A DNA stretch of 64,000 nucleotides from an uncultured virus (IMG/VR IMGVR_UViG_3300030019_000018) (lineage: Duplodnaviria > Heunggongvirae > Uroviricota > Caudoviricetes > Crassvirales): the IMG/VR virus record IMGVR_UViG_3300030019_000018. One strand, 5' to 3'. Every line of letters starts with the position of its first letter. Within the stretch, counting starts at the first letter, position 1. A program made the position numbers and the translations under genes. Below the pieces are notes generated by a model. The model was not told the origin of the DNA. It ran no database searches and saw nothing but the letters and a program-made list of their open reading frames with translations. Below, piece by piece: positions 12,201 through 22,048 of this stretch.

Positions 12201-14521
12201 GTCCAACATCCATTCTTAAGTTGAAATTGTACACCATGTCTATACCATTCTCTACTTTTATATGTGCAGGATCCTTCAGAACTATTATCTGAAAAAGAAG
12301 GAGAATTTAAATTAACATTGTATCCATATATACTATTTTTAGTATCAATAGTACTATCATTATAGTTTAACTCATATGTTATTTCTGCAGAGTCTTTAAT
12401 ACTAGACTGTTCTAATTCATATACTGATTTTAATAAAGTGTAATTACCTAAAAATAAAGTATTATCTTTACTTATAATAGAATTTTCAGTGAAAGGAGAA
12501 TTTTCTTTGTATAATAAAGAAGTTATATCTACAGTTTCTCCAGTTGTATTGTTATCTATATATGAAATAGACCCATTATAAGTATAAGTCCATTTTATTG
12601 TAGTGGATGTAAATATATTTTGATAGGGTATATTAATAGTATTGTATGAAGTAAAATTATTACCACCATAATTACAAGTTATAGGATAATTGGTATCTAT
12701 AGAGGTAAAAGTTATATTTGTTGTAGAGCAAATATTACTATTAAAAGTAAAATTATCTATTGTATTTATTTCATCATTTAAACCTTTTATTTCTAAAATA
12801 TCATTATTTTGAATAATATATTCTTTTAATAGGGGAGAACCATTACTATCTAATGCTTTAACCCAAGTATCACTTGTTCCAATAGTTCCATCAGTAAATG
12901 TTAATGTATGTATTGAATCATAAGTAATACTATTTATAGTATTAGTGACAGGAACTAAAGTAGTACTTGTTGAATCAACCCTCCACAAGAACACATTGTT
13001 AATAGTGTCATATATATGATATGTATTTATATATGAACTTCCTCTTAATTCTTTAGTTCTTAAAACTACTAAAGTATTAGTAGAATTATCTATAGAAGTA
13101 TATGAAGTCCTATCTGAATTGTATAATTTTAAACTACTAAAATTATATACATCTGCATATACTTGTAAAGAAGTAAAATTTATAGTAGGATAAGCACTAA
13201 ATGGAGTATTAGTAATATAAACATATTCCCAAGATGAATCTCCATCTGTGTATGCTCCAGGAACATATGTATATTTATTTGCTTTAGTTAATGAATTAAT
13301 AATAATACCTTTATTTTCTGTATTATCTTCTAAATTTGAAACTTGTGTATTTAAATCAATATAGAAAGAGTAATCATATACAACACCTCCTGTATAATAA
13401 TTTTCATACTCTGTACTAAATAATAAATTAGATATTGTAGATGGAGTTGTAGAAGTATTAGTCCAATACTCTCCCATAAACTTACTATCATTACTTATGT
13501 ATAATCTTACTTTATTACCATTATTATCTGTACTTCTTGTAATATACATAGGCATCCTATTATAATATAATCCACTTGTAGTATTATAAGAAGTTATATT
13601 ATTATAAAATGTTAGTACACTATCTGAAGTAGTAGAATTAATATTTATAGTATTGCTAGTAATAGGATTTAACTTATATATTATAGGAATATCAACTACT
13701 TTTTTAGCAACTGGAGTAGCATTTAAAGAGGTTCTTATTGTTGAATATAATCGTAAATAATCAAATTTATTTATACTACCTTCAATACCTGTTATATCTA
13801 TTTTAAAAGCAGAAGTAGTAGATTCTGTAGGAGATCCCCCTCTGCCTTCAAATGTACTATAATACAAAGGAGAGACTCTTACAAAATTACTTTCTTGTCT
13901 ATAAGAATTAACATAAGTATAAAAATATTGTACAATACCAGAAGGAAATTGTCCATTATTGATATATAGTTTAGTTACTTTAAAAGTATCCTCAAGATTC
14001 ATATCTGGTACAATATCAAAACTATAATTAGTATAATTAGTTATATCTTCTTGTACTATATTTATTAATCTTAATTGATTTATACCATCAATCCAATATA
14101 CTTTTTGTACATTATCATTTTCATAATAAGATAAACATTCTATTGGATTAGCAACATTAAAGTTTAAATTACCACTATGTAATTTAACTACTGTAAAAGA
14201 ATTTTCATTTTTATTAATTCTATATATATAATCACCATTGTTATTAGTATTTGTAGTATCTTTAGTAAATAATATAATATATTCATTTAGTGTAGTACAT
14301 CCTAAAGCAGTGCCAACTAAATTATAATTATTTCCTTCTGTATCTATAGTGTTAATTAGTAATGTACCTCTTTCATTTTCTATAGAGAATAAAGTATTAT
14401 TATCTCTTGCTGTAATCCTAATATTCATATTTTCATATGAAAATTCAGGATTAAAAGCAACCATAGATAAATCTCTATTCATTCCTTTAATTCTATAATT
14501 GACTGTTTTTAACTGTGGCAT
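9278..14521 (-). CDS. Tail muzzle / tail stabilisation protein (P22 gp10-like)
   Basis: 1747 aa; N-terminal 'KGMNRDLS' and C-terminal 'KFRVWRANIPR...DRLRNPW' typical of the crAss-like muzzle; synteny. Confidence 0.8.
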   Translation of the reverse strand: MPQLKTVNYRIKGMNRDLSMVAFNPEFSYENMNIRITARDNNTLFSIENERGTLLINTIDTEGNNYNLVGTALGCTTLNEYIILFTKDTTNTNNNGDYIYRINKNENSFTVVKLHSGNLNFNVANPIECLSYYENDNVQKVYWIDGINQLRLINIVQEDITNYTNYSFDIVPDMNLEDTFKVTKLYINNGQFPSGIVQYFYTYVNSYRQESNFVRVSPLYYSTFEGRGGSPTESTTSAFKIDITGIEGSINKFDYLRLYSTIRTSLNATPVAKKVVDIPIIYKLNPITSNTININSTTSDSVLTFYNNITSYNTTSGLYYNRMPMYITRSTDNNGNKVRLYISNDSKFMGEYWTNTSTTPSTISNLLFSTEYENYYTGGVVYDYSFYIDLNTQVSNLEDNTENKGIIINSLTKANKYTYVPGAYTDGDSSWEYVYITNTPFSAYPTINFTSLQVYADVYNFSSLKLYNSDRTSYTSIDNSTNTLVVLRTKELRGSSYINTYHIYDTINNVFLWRVDSTSTTLVPVTNTINSITYDSIHTLTFTDGTIGTSDTWVKALDSNGSPLLKEYIIQNNDILEIKGLNDEINTIDNFTFNSNICSTTNITFTSIDTNYPITCNYGGNNFTSYNTINIPYQNIFTSTTIKWTYTYNGSISYIDNNTTGETVDITSLLYKENSPFTENSIISKDNTLFLGNYTLLKSVYELEQSSIKDSAEITYELNYNDSTIDTKNSIYGYNVNLNSPSFSDNSSEGSCTYKSREWYRHGVQFQLKNGCWTEPFFVGDKKVDVLPNSTYLENNDGTVKYSTIIAKLNITIPDSLKNKVSRIRPVIVYPEFKDKSIITQGIICPTVYNGVDRKNNLPASYSSWFFRPVMGGQHFQNLQSTRYVEYNNMYSGIYSVFKHGSSLPMYLNYNCEILGSSKYYSTPIDTFDITRKEIFFVDQNILTLHTPELYYETLPDLSGLKNLKFRVIGISAITSSDSNSYLTTSTLQCSKYGVGFIKTPVGTISPTNSLETGIKGSMQLATACWNDSNAYNTSATPVNHVAYPWHRTLCIGNDKSAADTLHNKISKKSLINIRNSFYNLYTTDSNIVKYNDNISIDYFNNSEVVPLLLKGKFNGLNRTVYSGNVDKAVICGRQYWGTKAGTNTPEFVDTVPDGDTDPIPIQYKSSPHAVIQLQSTTNSQFIAPYVTFNKESFANVYGKYTNGDIKPFWGTDTLNISQYKLHIDNEYVNDGSTSLRALDSYLLLGEIYREDEDVINRFGGNTTEALQNNKWVPNGPSINIDSSVSNITITSFGDSYYQRFDCLKTYPLSNDNTQTVTEILSFMCETSINLDAIYSKNRGSVSTLMPQYGDYNKRNEVYDQSNNFQYYYIPNYDLFNIDTFPNSFTYSKTKIAGEFIDTWTNLTLASTLDCNGVLGNLRALKLFNNTLIGFQDRGIFQILFNSNVQINSTTGLPIEIANSGKVEGIRYLSSQIGTSNKWSIAESTNGLYFIDNISTGIYLFNGQIKNLTSDLGFFSWLNNIDTTEESWTPTTFGTFRGFYDITNNDVYFTNKDTCLVYSETMGQFTSFYSYEKVPFMFTFKGDFYSINKIYNDTTTKLNIWKQNKGLYNSFYGQNKPYYITYIVNPDMPKDKIFNNIEYRSDIFDSLGNLIIGSTFDTLSVWNEYQSGESNLHDIQLYPANLKQKFRVWRANIPRVTSITTTSRLGDSNKILGMDRLRNPWTYLKITNNATTNNRQVLHDLNVNYTL

Positions 14522-14524
14522 ATT

Positions 14525-15235
14525 TTAGTGTCTTATTAAAAATTCTTTGCTTCCAGTATTTTGGAATTTATTATTATATTCATTACTTCTAACCAGTAAT
14601 GTAGAGTACATATTGTAGAAAGATTCTGCTTTAGGTAGATCTAATCTTAATAAGTCTGTAGAACATGCTCCTACAGCAAAAGCATAATCTTGTTTTAACT
14701 GTTGATATATAACTTGACTTATTTTACCTAACTCAAATAATATTGTATAATGTTGTACTTTTATATAAGAACCTAAAGCTCTAGTAAAAGCACTATTATC
14801 TAATATTAAAGGATACCCATCATTATCAACAGCTATAGCTCTATATGATAATCTAACAGTACAAGTTTCTGCTGAACATACTATAATACTATTTTGAATC
14901 ATAAATGTATGTTCTATTATTTGCTCATTAGAATTTGGCGATTGTGTAAAAGTAGAAGTACTATATCTCATAGGTATAATTCTAGCATTGTGAGTAACTA
15001 AATCATTACTTGCCATATATCCTATAGAAATAGTATCAACCCAATCATCTGGTAATACACCCTTATATGAAGTTATTGGTATGTCTACTACTTTTTCAAT
15101 AAACATTTGAGGTATTCCAACTAATCTATAAAAGTCTACAGTATAATCAACTGCAGCTTCAAAAGATAAATCTGACAATAAAGGATTTCTAAGTAATTTA
15201 TCTAAAATTACTTTTATACTTGTTGTTTGTTCCAT
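14525..15235 (-). CDS. Tail ring protein (tail tubular, P22 gp4-like)
   Basis: 236 aa; 'YRAIAVDNDGYPLI' motif; directly upstream of the muzzle gene. Confidence 0.7.
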   Translation of the reverse strand: MEQTTSIKVILDKLLRNPLLSDLSFEAAVDYTVDFYRLVGIPQMFIEKVVDIPITSYKGVLPDDWVDTISIGYMASNDLVTHNARIIPMRYSTSTFTQSPNSNEQIIEHTFMIQNSIIVCSAETCTVRLSYRAIAVDNDGYPLILDNSAFTRALGSYIKVQHYTILFELGKISQVIYQQLKQDYAFAVGACSTDLLRLDLPKAESFYNMYSTLLVRSNEYNNKFQNTGSKEFLIRH

Positions 15236-15783
15236 TAATTTACTTTTAAAAAATCTATTTTTTTATCTTTAAACAATTTGTTAACTGTCTTTTTAATATC
15301 TCTATTTAATGTAAATTTATAAGCTGTTTTATTTTTATAAATAGCTTTCTTTTTATTATAAATAGTCTTAATATATACTCTATTATTACTTCTTAATAAT
15401 AAGTTATCATTTTTAGCCTCTTCATCTATATACCACAATTCTAATGTTTTATTCCAGTCTACAGGAGCTTTGAATATTAATTTACCATCACCATTTATTT
15501 TAGGTTCTATACTATATTGTAGTAATTCAATTTTTCCCATATTTAAAGGTAATTTAAAAGAATCTCCTTTTAATAATGTAACTTCTACTAATTTTTTATT
15601 CACAATTCTTAAAATTTTATAGTATTCTGTAGGTGTTAATACATACTTTTTATTCTTAGAATATATTTTTCTATAATAAGCAAAATAAGTTTGCACACCA
15701 TAAGAATTTATTATTTTATGTTTTCTAGGAGAATGAACTTTTTTAATGTCTTCTACAAACAGTTTATAATTATTGTCCATCAT
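15235..15783 (-). CDS. IHF/HU-like protein of the crAss-like tail module
   Basis: Basic, 182 aa; 'FKLPLNMGKIEL' IHF-like turn; 'VDWNKTLELW'; position between ring genes. Confidence 0.65.
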   Translation of the reverse strand: MMDNNYKLFVEDIKKVHSPRKHKIINSYGVQTYFAYYRKIYSKNKKYVLTPTEYYKILRIVNKKLVEVTLLKGDSFKLPLNMGKIELLQYSIEPKINGDGKLIFKAPVDWNKTLELWYIDEEAKNDNLLLRSNNRVYIKTIYNKKKAIYKNKTAYKFTLNRDIKKTVNKLFKDKKIDFLKVN

Positions 15784-16546
15784 CTATAGTTTTAGTTACA
15801 GGATTTTTCGTATTCTGTCTTGTAAAGTTTGCCATATTAGACATATTATCATCTTCATTATTAACATCATCTGTAGGTCTGTAAGCAGCTCCTAATAATT
15901 CTTTTAGTACCATATCCACTAAATTAGGAATTAAAGGTGCCTCTAATGGAAATATAAAATCTAACTTAGCTTTTTGAGTAATTGCAGAATCTAAAGCATA
16001 AGCATCTAAAGGATTTTCAAATAAGGAGGTTAATAATACTCCTGTAGTTATAATATCCTCTGTGCCAGTACCAGTATATGTAGTATTGCCTGCTTTTATA
16101 AATAAATACCCATTATCTGCTCCTGTACCTGTAGCACAGTATATTATGTTTTTTAACCACTTATTACTTCCAATGAAATGTAATCTATCAAAGTTAATAA
16201 AAGTATATAATTTACCTGTTAAAAAGTTTCTTACTCTTGTAGTAGTTGAAGGTACACTGTTTACATTAATAATAGCAGGAACTATAAAAGTAGATTTTAA
16301 ACATTGCCCAACATCTGGTCTTATATAATTATTTGTAGATGTTGGATATAAAGCCATAGGTAATTTTATAGTTTGAAAATTTATATCTGCTATATCTTTC
16401 CTTATATCAGAATATCTTTGTTTTAATAAAAACATTCTATATTGATGCATTAAATAAATTACATGCTCCTCTTCAAAATAACTTTGAGAGGTGTTTAATT
16501 TAATTAAATCTCTTATTATGAATACTACTTCTCTATATGTTGACAT
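15770..16546 (-). CDS. Tail ring protein
   Basis: 258 aa; 'TYREVVFII', 'FENP', 'PTDDVNN' motifs; synteny. Confidence 0.6.
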   Translation of the reverse strand: MSTYREVVFIIRDLIKLNTSQSYFEEEHVIYLMHQYRMFLLKQRYSDIRKDIADINFQTIKLPMALYPTSTNNYIRPDVGQCLKSTFIVPAIINVNSVPSTTTRVRNFLTGKLYTFINFDRLHFIGSNKWLKNIIYCATGTGADNGYLFIKAGNTTYTGTGTEDIITTGVLLTSLFENPLDAYALDSAITQKAKLDFIFPLEAPLIPNLVDMVLKELLGAAYRPTDDVNNEDDNMSNMANFTRQNTKNPVTKTIDDGQ

Positions 16547-16548
16547 TT

Positions 16549-17481
16549 TTAATTACTTATTAATATATTTTTTGATTTTTTTAAAATTGATTTTCTACTT
16601 CTTGATAAAGATCCACATTCTACACATCTAAAATTTTCATATTTAGAAACTGGAGTATAATAGTAATAACCTGTACTTTCTAAATGAGTTCCTCCACAAG
16701 TAGGACATACAGGAGCAATAGAATCTATATATAAATTATAGTTTGGATGTCCTTTAATATAAGGTAATAATGTTAAATATACTTCTTCTAGTATTTCTAC
16801 ATCATGTTTATTATATTTTTCCATATATTTTAAAGATTTTTCATCCCCTTCCATACATTTACTCCATAATTCAAATCCTGTATGTAATTTAACAGGTATA
16901 TGAAATAATTGAGCAAGAGCATCTAATTTATTAGAACTAAATCCAAAATGTTTAGCTGCAATTTCTTTAGTATCTATAACCTTATAATAAGAAGGTGGGT
17001 ATAAACCATTTAAAATAAATCTACTATTACACTTTAAAATATCAAATCCTTTTGCATTGTGTGCAATTACTATATCTGCAGTATCAAATAGTTTCCACAA
17101 CTCTTTAACTATTCTACTATCATCTTCTTTTAATACCTCTTTACCTGTTAATCTGTTAGATATTATTTCTTTAGAAAATAACCATTTTGCAGACCATGTT
17201 AGCATGAACCATTCTGAAATAGTTTGATCTAAATATATATTTTGTTTCCATCTACTCCAAATATAAGCTCTCATTGGTGCTGTTTCAACATCAAATATTA
17301 ATATTTTAGGACCTTCTTTATGTATTAATTTTGTTTTAAGTGTTTTATTTTTAAAATTATCTCTTGCTTGTTTAAATAGTTCTATATCTATATTAAATCT
17401 TTTAGATACTGTGTAAGCTCCCATTTTTAGCAAATAAGGCTTTTCTCTCAAAAAAGCAATAATTTCTTCTAACTCATTCAT
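16549..17481 (-). CDS. RNase H-like (DEDD/PolB-type) 3'-5' exonuclease with C-terminal Zn ribbon
   Basis: FDVET, HNAKGFD and YNKHDV exonuclease motifs; CPTC...CVEC. Start moved to the ATG at 17481 because the TTG at 17505 lies inside the promoter -7 box. Confidence 0.75.
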   Translation of the reverse strand: MNELEEIIAFLREKPYLLKMGAYTVSKRFNIDIELFKQARDNFKNKTLKTKLIHKEGPKILIFDVETAPMRAYIWSRWKQNIYLDQTISEWFMLTWSAKWLFSKEIISNRLTGKEVLKEDDSRIVKELWKLFDTADIVIAHNAKGFDILKCNSRFILNGLYPPSYYKVIDTKEIAAKHFGFSSNKLDALAQLFHIPVKLHTGFELWSKCMEGDEKSLKYMEKYNKHDVEILEEVYLTLLPYIKGHPNYNLYIDSIAPVCPTCGGTHLESTGYYYYTPVSKYENFRCVECGSLSRSRKSILKKSKNILISN

Positions 17482-17502
17482 AAATTTAAAATTTAATTTA
17501 CG

Positions 17503-17533
17503 CAAATATAGTAAATTTTAAGTTACCTACAAC
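17503..17533 (-). promoter_or_regulatory. Bacteroidota-type promoter
   Basis: GTTG-N19-TATATTTG on the minus strand. Confidence 0.6.
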
Positions 17534-17579
17534 TATAAAAGTAAAAAACTTAGGTAGTTATAGTGAAATAGTATAAAAT

Positions 17580-17607
17580 AAAAAAGGAGATTGTTTCCAA
17601 TCCCCTT
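17580..17607 (-). terminator. Rho-independent terminator after the auxiliary capsid gene
   Basis: Minus-strand AAGGGGATTG-GAAA-CAATCTCCTT followed by a U-tract. Confidence 0.8.
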
Positions 17608-17629
17608 ATATTTATGAGTTTATAATTTA

Positions 17630-18661
17630 TTAAGTAGTAGCAAGTGTTGCAATTGTAGTAGCTCCAGTAACTGTATTAATAGCTGTAATTATAGAATTTG
17701 CTAAAGTTACCTTGTCTGAAATTGCAGCTCCCACTGCTGGTACTACCAAAGTAATATTTTTTTCAGATCTTTGCATTTCTTCATTGTGCCCTACATAATA
17801 ATAACTAATATCTATGTAGTTATATTCTAATGTAGAATCTACTAAATATATAGCTGCTATATTATTAGGATAACCAATATTTCTATAAATATCACCACGT
17901 TCACCTAAATAAAAGAATTCTCTATCTGCAGTTTTTTTACCATTGCCTATAAAGGTAGTAGGAGTTACTGCTGTGATAATAGCCCAAGATACATCACTAC
18001 CTGAAAATAAAACTGTAGGAGAAGTAATTTTAAAATTAAGTGCATCAGAAGATTTAACACCTAATCTATAAGGTTGCTCAATTTCTTCTATAATAAGTCC
18101 AGTTAATCCTACAACTGCTGATTCAGTGGTAGCTACTGCATCTTGATACCATGTTTTTCCAACATAAGTAAAAATATGAGTACCATCTGTAGCAGAAAAA
18201 GATAGTACAGGAATAGCCATAGTTTTAAAGTTATCTACTAAATTTACCAACATTTCTTTATAAAAAGAAGATGCTGTCATTCCTGTAGTTGGAATTACTG
18301 CTCCAAATTTATAGAATTGATTCTCTGCAGAAGCAGACCCCCATTCATAAAAAGTAAATCTTAATTCATAGTTTTGTCCTACTACAGGAGCACCACTATT
18401 AACATTAGAATCTAATACCACAGTATTTTTAGAAAGTCCTCGATGTAATTTATCATATCTTGTAGCTTTGGCTGATAGAATATTACTAAGATTAATAAAA
18501 TCAGTTCTTTCTACTCCATCTACACTTTGATATTGAAAAGTTAAACTATTGTCAGTAACATTAGGATCAATTGCTCCTACAGGAGTTGAAGAAGTAAAAG
18601 AACTTACTAATGATTTTGCAACATATAGTTGATTAGTTTGCGTTGTTGAAAATGCTGCCAT
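17630..18661 (-). CDS. Auxiliary (decoration) capsid protein
   Basis: 343 aa; 'FSTTQTNQLYVA', 'EFFYLGERGDIYR' and 'RSEKNITLV' motifs; Thr/Ala-rich; followed by a terminator. Confidence 0.7.
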   Translation of the reverse strand: MAAFSTTQTNQLYVAKSLVSSFTSSTPVGAIDPNVTDNSLTFQYQSVDGVERTDFINLSNILSAKATRYDKLHRGLSKNTVVLDSNVNSGAPVVGQNYELRFTFYEWGSASAENQFYKFGAVIPTTGMTASSFYKEMLVNLVDNFKTMAIPVLSFSATDGTHIFTYVGKTWYQDAVATTESAVVGLTGLIIEEIEQPYRLGVKSSDALNFKITSPTVLFSGSDVSWAIITAVTPTTFIGNGKKTADREFFYLGERGDIYRNIGYPNNIAAIYLVDSTLEYNYIDISYYYVGHNEEMQRSEKNITLVVPAVGAAISDKVTLANSIITAINTVTGATTIATLATT

Positions 18662-18684
18662 TTTTTATTATTTTATTATTTTTA

Positions 18685-19425
18685 TTATTTGTAAGATTTA
18701 AGAGCTATATCTACAGCTCTATTTAATATTTTTAAATGCAAAGATGAAAATAATTCACACTCTGTAATAGTAGATATACCATTTATACTAACATTATAAG
18801 AAGTTAATGTTTCTAAAATTATAGGTTTAGGTTCTCTAATGTATCGTAATATATAATTACTTAACTCAATAGAACTTATTAATTCTACTGTATATGCTTC
18901 ATTACCACCTTCTAGTAAGTTTGAATCTACTCTTAAAACTCTATTTTCATTAGGTTTTCTAAATGGATTTCTTACTATAGAGTGATACTCATCATGTTTA
19001 ATTGCTTTTACTTCTACATCTAATGAATCTATTTTATTACTTTCAACACTAGAAGATTTAAATTTAGCTGCTTCATATACAATATATAGTATGTCTTTAT
19101 ATCCTAAAGCTGCCAAATCAAAAACATAATCATAATAATTATCTGAGCCAGTCCATCCTGATACTATAGAATTACTATTAGGTAATATTGTGGACATATC
19201 TATTTTAACATTTTTAACTAACGTAGTTAAATATGTTCTTAACTCTGTATTACTTTCAAAAGATCCAAAACCTTCAGTATTTCCTGAGTATAAAGCCATA
19301 ACAAGTTCTTCTTGTGCTCTGGTTAAAAATATAGATTTCTCATATTCATTTAATCCTGGAGCAGCATTAGAAGATATATTATTATAAAGTATATCAAATT
19401 CTATACTGAATTCTTTTGTAGTCAT
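18685..19425 (-). CDS. Tail ring protein
   Basis: 'EFDILYNNISSNAAPGLNEYEKSIFLTRAQ' and 'NPFRKP' motifs typical of a conserved crAss-like ring protein. Confidence 0.7.
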   Translation of the reverse strand: MTTKEFSIEFDILYNNISSNAAPGLNEYEKSIFLTRAQEELVMALYSGNTEGFGSFESNTELRTYLTTLVKNVKIDMSTILPNSNSIVSGWTGSDNYYDYVFDLAALGYKDILYIVYEAAKFKSSSVESNKIDSLDVEVKAIKHDEYHSIVRNPFRKPNENRVLRVDSNLLEGGNEAYTVELISSIELSNYILRYIREPKPIILETLTSYNVSINGISTITECELFSSLHLKILNRAVDIALKSYK

Positions 19426-19428
19426 GCT

Positions 19429-20439
19429 TTAGTCTTTATTCTTTTTAAGTTTAGCTTCAAATGTAAGTTTTAACTGTTGATTCCTGGGTAAATTTATAAA
19501 TATACTTGCAATATCTAAAGTAGGATCTTCTCCTACCAAACATAAGGGAGAATTATCCTCTGCATTATACAAGAAATCACCTCTCCTACGAATAATACCA
19601 CTATCTACACATTCTCTTAACAATACTCTTGTAGACAATGTAGGATCTTCAGCTATTTTTACAAATAGTTTTGCATCTGCCAAAATAAACTTTTGAATCC
19701 TACTTTGTAAAAATTCAAGAGTGGTTGTAGTTGCTACAGGTCTACCTTCTAGAACTTCAACTATATAACGTAATGTTTCTTTTTCATCTTGTAGTTTACC
19801 TAAAAGCATGTAAGATTTCATAGAATAGTTAAGATCTTGTAAATTAGATTTATTAGAATCACCTTCTGAAACTACTACATATTGATAAGTCATTTTAGGT
19901 TTATCTTTTAATACAAAAATAGAAGGTGCTATAAAATCTTTATTAGCTAATAATACTTTGTATTTAATATAATCATCTGGAATATCCAAATTAAATAAAT
20001 TATCACCTTTAGTTAACCTAACAGTATAATTTTCCCAATAATTATCATTTTTTAGATACACAGAAAGGGCATTTTTCTCTAATCCCATTATATCTTCTAA
20101 GTATGCTTTTTCTTGATTAGTAAGTACATTTACATAAGAACCACCAGATTCTAAAATAGGAACTGTAAAATATTTAATTGCATTCTCTGCCATTCCTCCA
20201 TAAAAAATATGTTTAGGATTAGAAACCATTCCTGTTTCCCTTGGTAAAAACTTAACATTTACAATTTCATTTTTTAAACAAGATATTAGAATATCTGTTT
20301 TTACTTCTGTAATTTTCTTATTTAATTTTACTACTTTTTCTTCTGTACCTTCAATAGGAATTTTAATTTCATCTTTTGTAAAGTCTAAATCAATATCTAA
20401 ATCTATACCTAAATTCTCTGTATCTTTTATTTTACTCAT
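19429..20439 (-). CDS. Conserved crAss-like protein next to the MCP (head assembly?)
   Basis: 336-aa ORF in the conserved position downstream of the MCP gene. Confidence 0.55.
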   Translation of the reverse strand: MSKIKDTENLGIDLDIDLDFTKDEIKIPIEGTEEKVVKLNKKITEVKTDILISCLKNEIVNVKFLPRETGMVSNPKHIFYGGMAENAIKYFTVPILESGGSYVNVLTNQEKAYLEDIMGLEKNALSVYLKNDNYWENYTVRLTKGDNLFNLDIPDDYIKYKVLLANKDFIAPSIFVLKDKPKMTYQYVVVSEGDSNKSNLQDLNYSMKSYMLLGKLQDEKETLRYIVEVLEGRPVATTTTLEFLQSRIQKFILADAKLFVKIAEDPTLSTRVLLRECVDSGIIRRRGDFLYNAEDNSPLCLVGEDPTLDIASIFINLPRNQQLKLTFEAKLKKNKD

Positions 20440-20465
20440 AATTACTTCTCCCCAAAGTTGTTAAT

Positions 20466-20501
20466 AAATTAGTGTAGAATTTTTTTTTACTACACTAATT
20501 T
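20466..20501 (-). terminator. Hairpin/terminator after the MCP gene
   Basis: AAATTAGTGTAG...CTACACTAATTT 12-bp inverted repeat. Confidence 0.6.
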
Positions 20502-20531
20502 AATTTATTTTAATTTATTTTTTTATTGCTA

Positions 20532-22028
20532 TTAACGCAGTATTGAAGGTATAATACTAATAGTCCTGGTAGGATCTAGTATGAATATACCACCTGTCCA
20601 CATTTTATGAATTACGGCTGAATCTTCATCAAAAGACATATTCATATTATTCAGTTGTCCTGTAAATGGATTTCTAAGTCCCCATTGATAACTACGTAAT
20701 TCTGGATTACCTTTAATACGAGCTAGTTGTATATTAGGTTGGTCTGCATTTCCAATATATAAAATATCATAACGGTAAGATTCTGCTACACCACCTTCTG
20801 GATGAAGCACTTTATTACGGATAGGATCATCATATATAGGATCTACTTCAACTTTAATTGTAACACCATTAGGTGCTCTAAACTCAGTAAATTGGAATCC
20901 TGCACTTAAAGAAGAGGAATGTAAATTAGATTGTGTTTTCTTGATAATATCCAACCCTTGAATATTAAGTTGAAAAGCTGTCCATCCTGATACTATATTA
21001 AGAACTGCTTTACTAAATTGAGCAGCACCACGTTCACCTGTTTTAAGAATAAATAAACGATCATCTAAAGCTAATTTAGATGCACTTAATTGATAAAGAG
21101 CATCTTCAATAAGTTTTAGATTGAATTTATTGTAATATAAAGTATTGGCAACTTCCATTTGCTCACGCAAACCTGCCCCCATCTTAATAACATTACCACT
21201 TTTACCAAAGTTAAGATATTCACCATTCTTGTTTCTATTTGAACGTCCATAAGCAATCAAGTTATTTTTTTCTTCTGCAAATGTATTTTCTACCTGATAA
21301 TCAACATGATGCATCCATAATGTTTGAGTCTGTTTATTACCTCCATTATCTACAAATGGAATACCTACTGCAAGTTTTCTATTAAGCATACTACCTGGTA
21401 CTTTATGCTTAATACGAATTTGTGACCATTCATTTCTCATTGCTACAGGAGATGTAAACCTTACATCACCTACACCTCTTGATAATTCACGTTCTACTGG
21501 AGAGTATTCAACACTAAAACGTTTATTAGCAAGTAACTCTTCTGAAGGTATACCAGAAGTAACACCTCCCATGAGTTCTACTTTATAAACAGTGTTACTA
21601 CCTTCTTGTTTACCTTCTCCAAGTAATCGTATAGGATAAAGTTCATTTTTTTCTCCTACAATAACATTACCATCTGCAAACCAATCTTCTGCAAAAACAA
21701 GATAGAAAATATCACCATTAACTCCTGCATTACTAGATGCTGATGTTATCACAGTGTTACTAGAATCTCTTGCTTCTACCAAAGGAATATTACGTCTACT
21801 AGATCCAATTACATCCCATGTGTAATCATCATCTGTATCAAATTCTTTAACTGGGAACTGACTTAAATATGTTTCAAGACTTTTACCTCTTGATGTAGCA
21901 AGCAACTGTACCATAAGATTAGTTGCCTTTTGTGGTTGAGCTTGAAATATTGCTCCCAAGTGGTTTGTTTTAGTTAACCCTTTCCATGAGGTAAAACCAG
22001 TTGTTTGAAATTTTGATAATTGTGCCAT
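20532..22028 (-). CDS. Major capsid protein (HK97 fold, crAss-like)
   Basis: 498 aa; 'FTSWKGLTKTNHLG', 'WFADG' and 'TGERGAAQF' motifs; synteny. Confidence 0.9.
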   Translation of the reverse strand: MAQLSKFQTTGFTSWKGLTKTNHLGAIFQAQPQKATNLMVQLLATSRGKSLETYLSQFPVKEFDTDDDYTWDVIGSSRRNIPLVEARDSSNTVITSASSNAGVNGDIFYLVFAEDWFADGNVIVGEKNELYPIRLLGEGKQEGSNTVYKVELMGGVTSGIPSEELLANKRFSVEYSPVERELSRGVGDVRFTSPVAMRNEWSQIRIKHKVPGSMLNRKLAVGIPFVDNGGNKQTQTLWMHHVDYQVENTFAEEKNNLIAYGRSNRNKNGEYLNFGKSGNVIKMGAGLREQMEVANTLYYNKFNLKLIEDALYQLSASKLALDDRLFILKTGERGAAQFSKAVLNIVSGWTAFQLNIQGLDIIKKTQSNLHSSSLSAGFQFTEFRAPNGVTIKVEVDPIYDDPIRNKVLHPEGGVAESYRYDILYIGNADQPNIQLARIKGNPELRSYQWGLRNPFTGQLNNMNMSFDEDSAVIHKMWTGGIFILDPTRTISIIPSILR

Positions 22029-22048
22029 TTATTAATTTTAAGTTATGT

